Below, one piece after another: positions 42,941 to 51,435 of a DNA stretch of 52,373 nt. The DNA comes from a virus (Duplodnaviria; Caudoviricetes), in IMG/VR virus record IMGVR_UViG_3300036846_000887, positions 1 to 52,373 of that record. One strand, written 5' to 3'. The position numbers and the translations under genes were made by a program. A model generated the notes under the pieces. The model did no database searches and was not told the origin of the DNA. It saw only the letters and a program-made list of their open reading frames with translations. Within the stretch, counting starts at the first letter, position 1; every line of letters begins with the position of its first letter.

Positions 42941-45821
42941 CCAGTCTTCCAGCCAGTGCGGCCATCCGGTCCGCCGCGGTGGTGTGGGTGGCGGCGGCCA
43001 GTTCGCGCATCCGGGCCCGCCGGTCCAGCGCCTGGATCGCCAGGCTCACCAGCATGTCCACGGTCGGCGGCTCGGCCGGGATGCCGGCCGCGACCAGGGA
43101 CACCTGGCGGCCGTTGACGACACCGATCCGCGGGTTCGGGAAGCCGGGCACGTTCACCGCGGCGGCGGCCATCAGCTCCCAGTCGCCGCCGATCTCGCGC
43201 CAGTCGCCGGACAGCTTGGAGGCCAGCAGCTCCTGCCGCTGTTCGGCGGTGGTGGTGGGGCGCATCCCGCCGGAGTACCAGATCCCGATGTCGTCCTCGC
43301 CGACGGTGATGTCGGCGACCGCGGTGGCGACGTTGTCGTAGTGGGCCAGCGCCGCCCGGAAACCGAGGTCGCCGTTGGCGTGCCCGCCGCCGAGCGAGAC
43401 CACCCCCGACGGCAGGTAGCCGCCGGCGTCGGTGGGCGCCAGCCCGAGCAGGAAGTAGGCGTAGCCGGAGGCCGAGTGCGGCGGGCTGACGCACATCTTC
43501 GGGAACGCCACATGGCAGGAGTCCCACTTGCACAGGTGGCCGAAGATCCGGTCGTCGTCGGTGATCGTCATCGGGGTGTAGACGTCCAGCTGCGGGTTGC
43601 CGAAGAACTCCGCCGGGTAGGTCCAGGCGGCGGACGCGGTCAGGCTGACCGCCGAGGAGGACACCCCCTCGCGGATCATCTTGCGGTGGGTGGACGGCCA
43701 GAAGCCGAGCGCGTCGTGGTGCCACTGGGCGCAGATTTGGTTGATGAAGCGCAGCTTCGCGGGTGAGGACTCGCCGATCTCCTCGCCGACCTGCTCGCGG
43801 CAGCGGTTGAAGTCGCCGCCCCTGCCCCAGCCGATCTTGTCCCCGCCCGGGTGACCGGGCATCCAGTAGTCGTGGATGCGCTTGGTCGCCTTCGGGTCGG
43901 TGACCCAGCCCGGTCCCCGGTCGAACGCCTCGGCCTCGGCCTCCTCGGCGGACATCGCGATCGAGTCCGGCGGCGTCTCGCCCAGCTGCTTGTACAGTCC
44001 GCGCAGCGCCGCCTTCGCCGAGGACTTCTCCGACGCGGGCGCGTCCACCCCGCCGCGGCCACCGGCCAGCGCGGATGCGGCGGCGTGCACCCCGGCCCGG
44101 TTGATCGTGCCGGCCGGGGTGCGGACCGGCAGCTTGCAGTCCGCCTTGTTGGTGGGGTCACCGGAGTGCAGGTGGATCAGGCAGGCATCGTGCCACTGCT
44201 GCGGGCTGTAGTCGGACTCGGAGTAGTTCGACCACGGCTTCTCGTCGATGGTCGCGAACTCCGGCCCGTCGCACGGGCAGCCGGCGGCGACCATCGCGGC
44301 CGAGTCCGCCCAGGAGCCGAGCGCGATGAACGCCTCGGTGAACGCCGGGATCGCCACGATCGAGGCGGAGGAGATCCGGGCGTCGGAGAAGGTGACCTGG
44401 CCGGTCTCCTCGTCCAGGTCGAAGGTGGCGTCGTCCAGGTCGACCGACACTCCCATCTTGCCCATCTCGGCGCACATCCCGATCACCTGGTCGGCCTCGG
44501 GCACCGACTGCAGGAAGTGCCCGTCGGCCTTGATGAGGTCGCCGTCGCGGGCGATGTTCTCGATCTGGGCGACGGTGATCGCGCCGCCGTGCCGGTCGGC
44601 GGTGGCCGGCTGCCAGGTCAGCGGCAGCGGCAGGTCGCGGTTGCGCAGCGCGCCGGCGGCGAACCGGCGCTTGTCGCCGGAGGCGACGCCCTCCGGTGCC
44701 AGCACGCCGTGCCACGGGATCGGGTCGGGGACGGTGATCGGCGGCTGCTGCTGCTCGGTCTCGGCTGCTGCTGCGGTGGGCATGGTCGCCTCCAGCGGGT
44801 ACTCGGTCTGCTCGGCACCGTTCCACAGCGCCAGCCGGTCGAAGCCGATCTGCCCCGGCGGGTCGCCGGTGGCCGGTGCCTGCGGGTAGCCGAGGGTGAC
44901 GTGCGGGATCCAGGTGGGGAACTGCTCGGCGGCCTGATGCAGCCCGGCGAGCGCCGGCTGGGCCAACAGGGCGGCCCGGACCTCGGCCAGGTGCTGGGCG
45001 TCCAGCATGACGACGTCGGCCTGGTCGGCGCCCAGGGTGCCGCGCCCGTTCACCGGGTCGGCGAACGGGGCCAGCCGCTGCGCGGCGGTGCCCAGTTCGC
45101 CCTGCGCGGCGGACAGCTGGTCCGGCGCCGGGTCGATGCCGAGGTAGAGCAGGGTGGCGTGCGCGGCCGGTTCGGAGGACACCTGGTTCACCGGGTCGTC
45201 GGCTGCCGGCAGCGCCACCACGACGCAGGGTTTGCCACCGTCGGCGGCGGCCAGCAGCGCGGCGTTGCCGACCAGGTCGGGCCGGGCCAGGCAGCGGCAG
45301 TTGATCCACAGCGCCGGGTCGCCCACCGGGAAACCCGGGTAGGGCATCTGCTGCCCGCCGACGGTGAACTCCTGCCCGGCCGGCACCCGCTGGCCGTCCA
45401 CCTCGGCGTGGGTCTCGCGCACCTTGTCGTCGTGCATGGTGACCCACTCCAGCACCATGTCCTTCTCCTCCACGGTGGCGGCGAAGGTGGTGGCGGCGTT
45501 GACGGCGGAGGTGGCCACCATCCGGGTGACCGCGGCCTGGGTGGTGTCGGTGGGTTCGCTGTCGACCTTGGCCAGGTTGCGGATCAGCGCGGTGCGGTAG
45601 CCGCTGATCTGCTCGTCCAGGTTCGGGTGGTCCGGGCCGCCGTGCTCGTCGCGGAAGGTGTCGCGGTACAGGGTGGTGGCGGCGTCGATGATGGGCAGTG
45701 TCCAGCCGCGCGCCGGCCAGCGGTCCAGGCCGCGCTTGACCGCGTCGGCGACCTGTGACTCGGCCCGGTCCAGCACCGGCTTGCGGTCGGCGGCGAAGGC
45801 GAGCCGTTCTGAGATCCTCAT
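42936..45821 (-). CDS. MuF-like + 2H phosphoesterase + capsid maturation protease fusion
   Basis: WVTMHDDKVRETH...INCRC; HATL and HVTL; GVLAPEG..SGD.R...LPLPL, GVSVD, IPAF.EA; ATGA overlap with portal. Confidence 0.9.
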   Translation of the reverse strand: MRISERLAFAADRKPVLDRAESQVADAVKRGLDRWPARGWTLPIIDAATTLYRDTFRDEHGGPDHPNLDEQISGYRTALIRNLAKVDSEPTDTTQAAVTRMVATSAVNAATTFAATVEEKDMVLEWVTMHDDKVRETHAEVDGQRVPAGQEFTVGGQQMPYPGFPVGDPALWINCRCLARPDLVGNAALLAAADGGKPCVVVALPAADDPVNQVSSEPAAHATLLYLGIDPAPDQLSAAQGELGTAAQRLAPFADPVNGRGTLGADQADVVMLDAQHLAEVRAALLAQPALAGLHQAAEQFPTWIPHVTLGYPQAPATGDPPGQIGFDRLALWNGAEQTEYPLEATMPTAAAAETEQQQPPITVPDPIPWHGVLAPEGVASGDKRRFAAGALRNRDLPLPLTWQPATADRHGGAITVAQIENIARDGDLIKADGHFLQSVPEADQVIGMCAEMGKMGVSVDLDDATFDLDEETGQVTFSDARISSASIVAIPAFTEAFIALGSWADSAAMVAAGCPCDGPEFATIDEKPWSNYSESDYSPQQWHDACLIHLHSGDPTNKADCKLPVRTPAGTINRAGVHAAASALAGGRGGVDAPASEKSSAKAALRGLYKQLGETPPDSIAMSAEEAEAEAFDRGPGWVTDPKATKRIHDYWMPGHPGGDKIGWGRGGDFNRCREQVGEEIGESSPAKLRFINQICAQWHHDALGFWPSTHRKMIREGVSSSAVSLTASAAWTYPAEFFGNPQLDVYTPMTITDDDRIFGHLCKWDSCHVAFPKMCVSPPHSASGYAYFLLGLAPTDAGGYLPSGVVSLGGGHANGDLGFRAALAHYDNVATAVADITVGEDDIGIWYSGGMRPTTTAEQRQELLASKLSGDWREIGGDWELMAAAAVNVPGFPNPRIGVVNGRQVSLVAAGIPAEPPTVDMLVSLAIQALDRRARMRELAAATHTTAADRMAALAGRLA

Positions 45822-47644
45822 CCGGTGTGCTCCATCACCTGCAGGTACTGGTGCAGCATCGCCCGGTCGTGGCGGGTCTGGGAGGACAGCAGCATCGTGC
45901 AGTAGGAGTCGAGCACCGCGGTCAGCCGGGCCGGCTCGGCCAGCCCGTCGCACAGTTCGGGCACCGTGGTCCAGGCGTCCTCCAGGCACCAGGCGGTGGA
46001 CCCGTTGGGCCGCACGTAGAGGTAGTAGTCCCGCGCGCTGACCCCGTCCACCTTGGTCGGCTGCCGGTTGCGCAAGCGGTTCCCGGCCCGTTCCAGGGCC
46101 CGCATCACCAGCGCCTCGGACACCCGTTCCAGCGCGGCGGGCAGCTGCCGGCTGGGTGCCTGCTCCGGTGCGGAGCGGGGCAGCGGGTGCCCGCGCAGCG
46201 ACGGGGTGGGCCGCTGCTCGCGCGGCGTGCCGGCGCTGGCGTCGGCCGGGTTGAGCTTCACCCCCAGGTCGCGCAGCGCGTCGAGCACCATGTCCGGGGT
46301 GGAGGACTGGATCGCGACCTTCATCAGCAGCCACTGGGCCAGCTGGTCGTGAAGCGGCATGTCGGCCAGCTCGAAGCCGGACTCGCGCACCGTGGCGACG
46401 TCGGAGATCAGGCCCCGGTCGTAGAGTTCCAGCGCCTGCTTGGACAGGTCCGGGCGCATCCGCAGCGAGGACGTGTCATAGATCAGGGTGTCGGTGGGGT
46501 CGCCGGTTACCGGCCGGACGTAGCCGACGATGAGGGCGTTGCACACCAGCTCGCACAGCGGCTCGATGTGCAGCTTGATCGCGGACTCGTCCACCATCCA
46601 GGCCGACCAGTGGTTCATCGCGCCGCCGGTGCCGGAGGAGGCGCCGATGCCGAGCACGATCTCCGGCGGCATGTCCATCCCGAGGGCGAGCCGGCGGATC
46701 GCCTCGTCGCGCAGGTTGGTGGAGTTCTGGTCCAGCTCGGACCAGAAGGTGATCGGTTTCTGGAACTCCTTGATCGCATCGACCGGGCCGGACACCACCA
46801 GCGGCACCACCGCGGTGGGCGACTCCGGGTTGCGGATCGGCTCCATCATCCCTTCGCCGAGCACCCGCATGAACGACTCGGCCCGGTTGGCCGGGTCCGG
46901 CAGCGGGCCCTCGCCGTCGGCCGGCGGCGGCGGCGGCGGGAACTCCAGGGTGTCGGGGATCGGCAGGATGCCAGCACCGGCTACCCGGCTGGTGATCTGG
47001 GCGAAGATGTGCCGGGTCAGCCACTCGATCTCGGTGAGGATCGGCAGCAGCGCCTTGCTCGGCGCGTCCGCTTCCAGCCGGCTGCGCGGGTGCGGGCGCC
47101 AGACCCGGATCACGATGTCGGTGGGTTGCAGGGTGATCTGGGCGACGCCGTGGCCGTACACGATGGTCCAGGTGGTGCCGACCACCCGCATCTCCTCGGT
47201 GGACACGATCTCCCAGATCATCGGGGCGACCTCGCCGAGGTCGTCGACGTTCTCGCGCTGGTTGCGGCGCCCGACGATGTAGCACTCGCCGGCGACGGTG
47301 AGGTGGATGCCGAGCGCCTCCAGCATCTGGGCCTGGCCGTCCCGGCCGGCGAACAGGATGTCGAGCAGGTGGGCGGCCTGCCCGGTGGGGTTGACGGTGA
47401 CCTTGTGGCTGGTCGGGTCGATGGTGGCCGGTTGCAGCACCACCCGGCTCATCGCGTTGCCGACCCAGTTGGCGGCGAAGCGGAACTCGGGGCAGATGTC
47501 GTAGTGCCGCCAGGCTTCGCGCTGCCAGCCGGTCTGCGGCCGGGCGTACAGCCGCGGCATCTGGCCGGGGAACTGGACGGCGGAGGCGACCAGCGCGGTG
47601 GTCGGGATCACCACGTCGCGCGGATCTGTTTTCCGCCGAGGCAC
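45818..47644 (-). CDS. portal protein
   Basis: WQREAW..YD...E.RFAANW, VWRPHP, RLALGMDMPPE, NHWSAW; follows terminase. Confidence 0.92.
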   Translation of the reverse strand: MPRRKTDPRDVVIPTTALVASAVQFPGQMPRLYARPQTGWQREAWRHYDICPEFRFAANWVGNAMSRVVLQPATIDPTSHKVTVNPTGQAAHLLDILFAGRDGQAQMLEALGIHLTVAGECYIVGRRNQRENVDDLGEVAPMIWEIVSTEEMRVVGTTWTIVYGHGVAQITLQPTDIVIRVWRPHPRSRLEADAPSKALLPILTEIEWLTRHIFAQITSRVAGAGILPIPDTLEFPPPPPPADGEGPLPDPANRAESFMRVLGEGMMEPIRNPESPTAVVPLVVSGPVDAIKEFQKPITFWSELDQNSTNLRDEAIRRLALGMDMPPEIVLGIGASSGTGGAMNHWSAWMVDESAIKLHIEPLCELVCNALIVGYVRPVTGDPTDTLIYDTSSLRMRPDLSKQALELYDRGLISDVATVRESGFELADMPLHDQLAQWLLMKVAIQSSTPDMVLDALRDLGVKLNPADASAGTPREQRPTPSLRGHPLPRSAPEQAPSRQLPAALERVSEALVMRALERAGNRLRNRQPTKVDGVSARDYYLYVRPNGSTAWCLEDAWTTVPELCDGLAEPARLTAVLDSYCTMLLSSQTRHDRAMLHQYLQVMEHTG

Positions 47645-47645
47645 C

Positions 47646-47969
47646 TCAGTCGTCTCCGTCTCGGGCCACTACGATCGCCGCCAGGTAGGACACCGCGAGC
47701 CAGCCGTTGACCGCCCACCACCAGAAGTTCCAGCTGGTCCAGTGGCCCCAGGCCAGCACCCCGGCGGCGAGGTAAGGCGCCGCGCAGTACCCGCAATCCA
47801 CAAGCTTCGACCACTCGCCGTCCTTTGTCACCACCCGCCACCGGTTGCGTAGCCAGGCGACCGGCGGGTAGCCGTCGAAGACGATGAGCCGGGTGAGCCG
47901 TGCGGTGGACAGGATCGAGGTGACCGCGACCGCGATCCAGTGCAGCGCCCAGCCGTAGCTGCCGGTCAG
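47646..47969 (-). CDS. DUF1360-like membrane protein, apparent CTG start
   Basis: ARLTRLIVFD..PP..WLR...L..C.YC; the frame extends 45 codons upstream of the track's GTG to a GGAGG. Confidence 0.75.
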   Translation of the reverse strand: MTGSYGWALHWIAVAVTSILSTARLTRLIVFDGYPPVAWLRNRWRVVTKDGEWSKLVDCGYCAAPYLAAGVLAWGHWTSWNFWWWAVNGWLAVSYLAAIVVARDGDD

Positions 47970-47981
47970 GATCCCTCCCCG

Positions 47982-47995
47982 CTTAGTGGACTAAG
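47982..47995. repeat. 14-bp palindrome copy 24
   Basis: CTTAGTGGACTAAG. Confidence 0.95.
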
Positions 47996-48001
47996 TGGGT
48001 G

Positions 48002-49420
48002 CTACCCCACGGCGTGCAGGTGCCGGTTGGTGGGTGAGGACAGGTGCGCGAGCACGGTGGCGGCGGAGGCGATGGAGGCGGGCGCGCCGTAGCGGTTCAG
48101 CTCGGTGGCGGCGTGCACCAGCGCGTCGACCCGGTTCGGGCTGGCGCCCTTGCCGGGCACCCAGGTGCACATCTCGTCCTCCAGGGCCTCCATCGCGCCG
48201 GGCTTGCCGACCAGGAACACCCGGCCCTGCTCGAACAGCGCGACGATCGGCTCGGCCCGGATCTCCTTGCCGCGCCGGGAGGTGACGTCCTTGACCCGGA
48301 CGCCGTCGTGGCCGGAGTTGGCCAGGGTGTGCCGGACCATGTCGCCGCCGTAGTTCTTCTCCGCGACGATCGCGTCGGCCAGCAGCGAAGCCGCCAGCCG
48401 GTGGGCAGCCCCGGCCCACTCGGCCGGGGAGTATTTGCCGGAGACGTCGGCGAGGATGTACAGGTTGCGCCCGGCGGTGCCGACCGCGACGATGCCGGTC
48501 TCGTCCGAGCGCTTGTTCTTGGTGCCGGCCGGGTCGACGCCGATCACGATCCGGTCCAGCGGCGGCGGCTCGGGCACCCAGGCCAGCATGTCGTAGCGCC
48601 ACAGCGCGCCGGCGATGTCGGGCAGGATCTCGCCGTACAGTTCCTGCCGGCCTTTGCGGGTGCCCTCGTAGCGGGTCAGGATCTGGGCGGCGAAGGTGTC
48701 GGCGAGGTTGGCCAGGTTGGAGTAGGTGGTGGGGTTGCTGGTGACGGTCAGCGGGTCGGCGACCAGCGCCTTCATCCACTTGGTGGGCAGCGGGGTGGTG
48801 GAGCACACCACCTTCGGCGCCCGGCCGAGCCGCAGCGCCAGCAGCAGGGTGTCCCAGACATCGGTGACCAGGTCGAAGTGGGCCGGCTCGTCGAGCCACG
48901 CGAAGCCGAACTGCGGGCCGCGCAGCCGGTCCGGCTCCTCGGCGGAGAAGCCCTGCGCGATGGCGCCGTTGGGCCAGGTCAGCTTCTTCTTGCTCGGTTC
49001 CCACTGCGGCGCCTGGCCGGGCGGTGCGGTGGCCAGCAGCCCGGACTCGCCCTCGACGACGGTCTCGCGCAGATCCCAGCCGGTGGCGGCGACCAGCGCG
49101 ATCCGGCCGGTCAGGCCGGTGACCCGGTGGGTGATCTCGGAGCAGGTGCGGGTCTTGCCGCCGCCGCGGCCGCCCTTGACGCAGAAGGTGAGCCAGTCGG
49201 CCCACCAGCGCGGTGGCCGCTGCTCGGGCCGGGCGTGGTGCCAGGCCCAGTCGCCGTGCGGGCTGCCGTCGCAGCCGGGCAGAGTGCAGTAGAACGGCCG
49301 CCACGCCTTGCGCTGGGTGTCCTTGAGCAGCTCCAGCGCCCGGGCCTGGTGCTCGGGTTTCCAGTTCCGCCAGGCGTCTAGGGCCTGACCGGGCGGGACC
49401 GGCGGTAGCGGATCAGGCAT
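48002..49420 (-). CDS. terL: terminase large subunit
   Basis: GGRGGGKT Walker A, WLDE Walker B, STTP, IGVDPA and PNRVDA nuclease motifs. Confidence 0.96.
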   Translation of the reverse strand: MPDPLPPVPPGQALDAWRNWKPEHQARALELLKDTQRKAWRPFYCTLPGCDGSPHGDWAWHHARPEQRPPRWWADWLTFCVKGGRGGGKTRTCSEITHRVTGLTGRIALVAATGWDLRETVVEGESGLLATAPPGQAPQWEPSKKKLTWPNGAIAQGFSAEEPDRLRGPQFGFAWLDEPAHFDLVTDVWDTLLLALRLGRAPKVVCSTTPLPTKWMKALVADPLTVTSNPTTYSNLANLADTFAAQILTRYEGTRKGRQELYGEILPDIAGALWRYDMLAWVPEPPPLDRIVIGVDPAGTKNKRSDETGIVAVGTAGRNLYILADVSGKYSPAEWAGAAHRLAASLLADAIVAEKNYGGDMVRHTLANSGHDGVRVKDVTSRRGKEIRAEPIVALFEQGRVFLVGKPGAMEALEDEMCTWVPGKGASPNRVDALVHAATELNRYGAPASIASAATVLAHLSSPTNRHLHAVG

Positions 49421-49518
49421 GCCGGGTGCCACAGCCCGCGGTAGCGGCGGACCGCCAGCTGGCCGACCGACAGGGTGCGGCGGCAGTAGGCGCAGCGGCT
49501 GTCATAGCGCACCTTCAC
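49378..49518 (-). CDS. 46-aa Zn-finger protein (not in ORF track)
   Basis: MKVRYDSRCAYCRRTLSVGQ...WHPAC; CxxC...HxxC. Confidence 0.6.
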   Translation of the reverse strand: MKVRYDSRCAYCRRTLSVGQLAVRRYRGLWHPACLIRYRRSRPVRP

Positions 49519-49786
49519 GCTTCGAGTGTAGGTCCGGTTCAGTCACTGTGTCGTCGCCTTTGGTGACGTAGCCGGCGAACCGGCCGGACCGGCCGCCGCG
49601 GTAGCCGGGCTGTTTGGCGACCAGCTCGGCGACGTCGAGGCCGAGCACCTGGGCGACCCGGGTGGCGACCAGGGTCTGCAGCCAGACGCTGACCGACGGG
49701 GCGCCCTCGGCGGCGGCGGCGTCGCGGACCAGCATCGGCAGCTCGGGGCTGGTGTTGAACTCCACCCGCTTACCGCGCCACGGCAT
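49502..49786 (-). CDS. ribbon-helix-helix-like protein
   Basis: RVEFNTS strand followed by two helices (LVRDAAAAEG.PSVSVWLQTLV). Confidence 0.7.
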   Translation of the reverse strand: MPWRGKRVEFNTSPELPMLVRDAAAAEGAPSVSVWLQTLVATRVAQVLGLDVAELVAKQPGYRGGRSGRFAGYVTKGDDTVTEPDLHSKREGAL

Positions 49787-50306
49787 CGTCGATGACCTCG
49801 GCGTCGAAGATGTCGGCCTCGGTGACCTTCGGCAGCGAGCCGGCCGCGACCGCGGCCACCCAGGCGGCCAGCTCCAGCTCCGAGGGCGAGTGCACCACCA
49901 GCTCGGCGGGGGCGGCGTAGCCGTTGAGCTTGACGATGTCGGTGATGATCTCGCGGGCCCGGCCGACCGCGGCCAGCTGCTCCGGGTCGGCCGGGTCGGC
50001 GGCCTTGAACCAGACGGCGTTGAGCAGCCGGTCCAGCCGCCGGGTCATCAGCGCCCGGCCGTGCGCCTTGTCCTGTTCGGTGAGGGTGCCGGCCAGCTGG
50101 CGTTCGACGGCGACCAGGGCGTTGCGCGGCGAGGCGTAGCCGAGGGTGCGCGCGATCGCGTCCCAGCTCTCGCCCTCGGTGCGCAGTTTCAGGGCGGCGT
50201 CGGCCTTGCGGCGGCGGGCGCCGGCGAGGGCCGCGCCGCCGCGCCGGGCCCGGCCGGTGCCGGTGCTGGCCACCCCGGTCGGGTCGGCCGGGTCCTGGTG
50301 CATCAC
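49770..50306 (-). CDS. HTH protein, putative terminase small subunit
   Basis: AL.LR..G.SWDAIARTLGYAS; helical body; upstream of terL. Confidence 0.8.
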   Translation of the reverse strand: MMHQDPADPTGVASTGTGRARRGGAALAGARRRKADAALKLRTEGESWDAIARTLGYASPRNALVAVERQLAGTLTEQDKAHGRALMTRRLDRLLNAVWFKAADPADPEQLAAVGRAREIITDIVKLNGYAAPAELVVHSPSELELAAWVAAVAAGSLPKVTEADIFDAEVIDDAVAR

Positions 50307-50494
50307 GGCGTCCAGTGTGCCCCGCCGTCCGGGCCGGGTGAAGGGGCTGCGCTTAGTGGACTAAGCGGGTCGGGTGGGCCGTCCTCGGGCTCGGGCTCGC
50401 GGTCGGCCTCGGCCTGGGCGGCGACGAAGGCGGCGGCGAGGGCGGCGACGGCTGCTGCCCAGCCGGGGCTGGGGCGACCGGCTCTGCTACTCAT
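50303..50494 (-). CDS. hypothetical protein
   Basis: GAGG RBS, GTGA overlap; reads through palindrome 25 in the stop-free frame. Confidence 0.4.
   Translation of the reverse strand: MSSRAGRPSPGWAAAVAALAAAFVAAQAEADREPEPEDGPPDPLSPLSAAPSPGPDGGAHWTP
50352..50365. repeat. 14-bp palindrome copy 25
   Basis: CTTAGTGGACTAAG. Confidence 0.95.
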
Positions 50495-50531
50495 GCGGCG
50501 ACACCTCTTCGCTTCCTCGACTCGGCGGGTG

Positions 50532-50744
50532 TCAGATTTCGTTGTCCGCCCAGCGTTGCCGCATCGCCAGCCGCTGCTCCGCGCTGGCGTCGGGCGGCAG
50601 CTCGGCGATGACGTAGCCGAGTGCTTTCTGCACCCAGGCGTTGCGGGACCGGCCGGTGAGTTTCGCGCGGGCGTCGATTGCGTCGACGAGGGTGGCGGGC
50701 AGCCGCAGCGACAGCTGGGTCGTGCCCTCTGCTGGTGTGGTCAT
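50532..50744 (-). CDS. ribbon-helix-helix (Arc/CopG-like) regulator
   Basis: QLSLRLPATLVDAIDARAKLTGRSRNAWV; TATGAT 6 nt before ATG suggests a leaderless mRNA. Confidence 0.85.
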   Translation of the reverse strand: MTTPAEGTTQLSLRLPATLVDAIDARAKLTGRSRNAWVQKALGYVIAELPPDASAEQRLAMRQRWADNEI

Positions 50745-50745
50745 T

Positions 50746-50856
50746 CCGATATCATAGCGATAGCGCACCGGGTGATATCACTTCCGGGCTCCGGGTGATA
50801 TCACGAGCCGGGTTTGATATCACGATCCGGGCCGGAAACGGCCCCGGTGATATCAC
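50746..50856. repeat. array of GTGATATCAC palindromes
   Basis: Exact at 50772, 50795, 50847; TTGATATCAC 50814; CCGATATCAT 50746. Confidence 0.9.
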
Positions 50857-50860
50857 CCCG

Positions 50861-50874
50861 CCTAGTCGACTAAG
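50861..50874. repeat. 14-bp palindrome copy 26
   Basis: CCTAGTCGACTAAG; contains a stop. Confidence 0.95.
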
Positions 50875-51053
50875 CGGTCCTCCCGGGCGGCCGCCCGGAC
50901 CTCGCGGTGCAGCAGCGAGCGGACGTAGGCGGACCGGGTGACCCGGCCCCGCAGCCTATCCAACGACACAACCTCGGCGGGCGAGAGCCGGACATTGAGC
51001 ACCGTGTCCCGCGCCATCCCGTCCCGCGGCCGACCCACCATGCTGTCATACAT
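50862..51053 (-). CDS. ribbon-helix-helix protein
   Basis: GRPR...VLNVRLSPAE...LDRLRG..TRSAYVRSLL. Confidence 0.8.
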   Translation of the reverse strand: MYDSMVGRPRDGMARDTVLNVRLSPAEVVSLDRLRGRVTRSAYVRSLLHREVRAAAREDRLVD

Positions 51054-51400
51054 TATCAGCAGCGCAGACCCAGCGCGCGAAAACAGGCACCGAGGAGAGG
51101 AGTGCCCGAGCCCGCCGGGTCACCCCACACTGCACTACGGGATGGCTGGAACCCCCCAGAACAACCAGCGCCACGAGCTGCAGCGCCACAGCCCCCACAG
51201 CCCCCACAGGCCCGCACCGCCGGGCCCCGCATCGTGCACTACGGAATGGGTGGGTGGAGCAACCACCCACCGACACGACTAGCGCCTCCGGCGAGGGTGC
51301 GCGAACCTGTGAGTACGGGTAGGGGTCGCTGTGTGCCAGCTCTGTGACCTGGGCCACCCGCCAGCCTGTGAGCCAGCTGTGCGATGCTGTGCATGAGCTA

Positions 51401-51416
51401 TGTGACGCAGCTCACA
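51401..51416. promoter_or_regulatory. CRP/GlxR-type consensus box
   Basis: TGTGA-CGCAGC-TCACA, exact TGTGA-N6-TCACA. Confidence 0.55.
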
Positions 51417-51421
51417 GCCCA

Positions 51422-51435
51422 CTTAGTCCACTAGG
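51422..51435. repeat. 14-bp palindrome copy 27
   Basis: CTTAGTCCACTAGG. Confidence 0.95.

Noticed and set aside
45822-46334. N-terminal extension of the 1132-aa track ORF (likewise 7629, 16814, 14889, 35309 starts)
   Set aside because: Overlap upstream genes extensively; downstream starts with RBS or 4-bp coupling fit better
366-51435. Palindromes as a CRISPR array
   Set aside because: Only 14 bp, irregularly separated by whole genes; no cas operon (the Cas4-like gene is paired with a Rad52-like annealase)
366-51435. Palindromes as RNA terminator hairpins by themselves
   Set aside because: Short AU-rich stem, no U-tract, and several copies give a C-A mismatch on the transcribed strand; this fits a dsDNA site better
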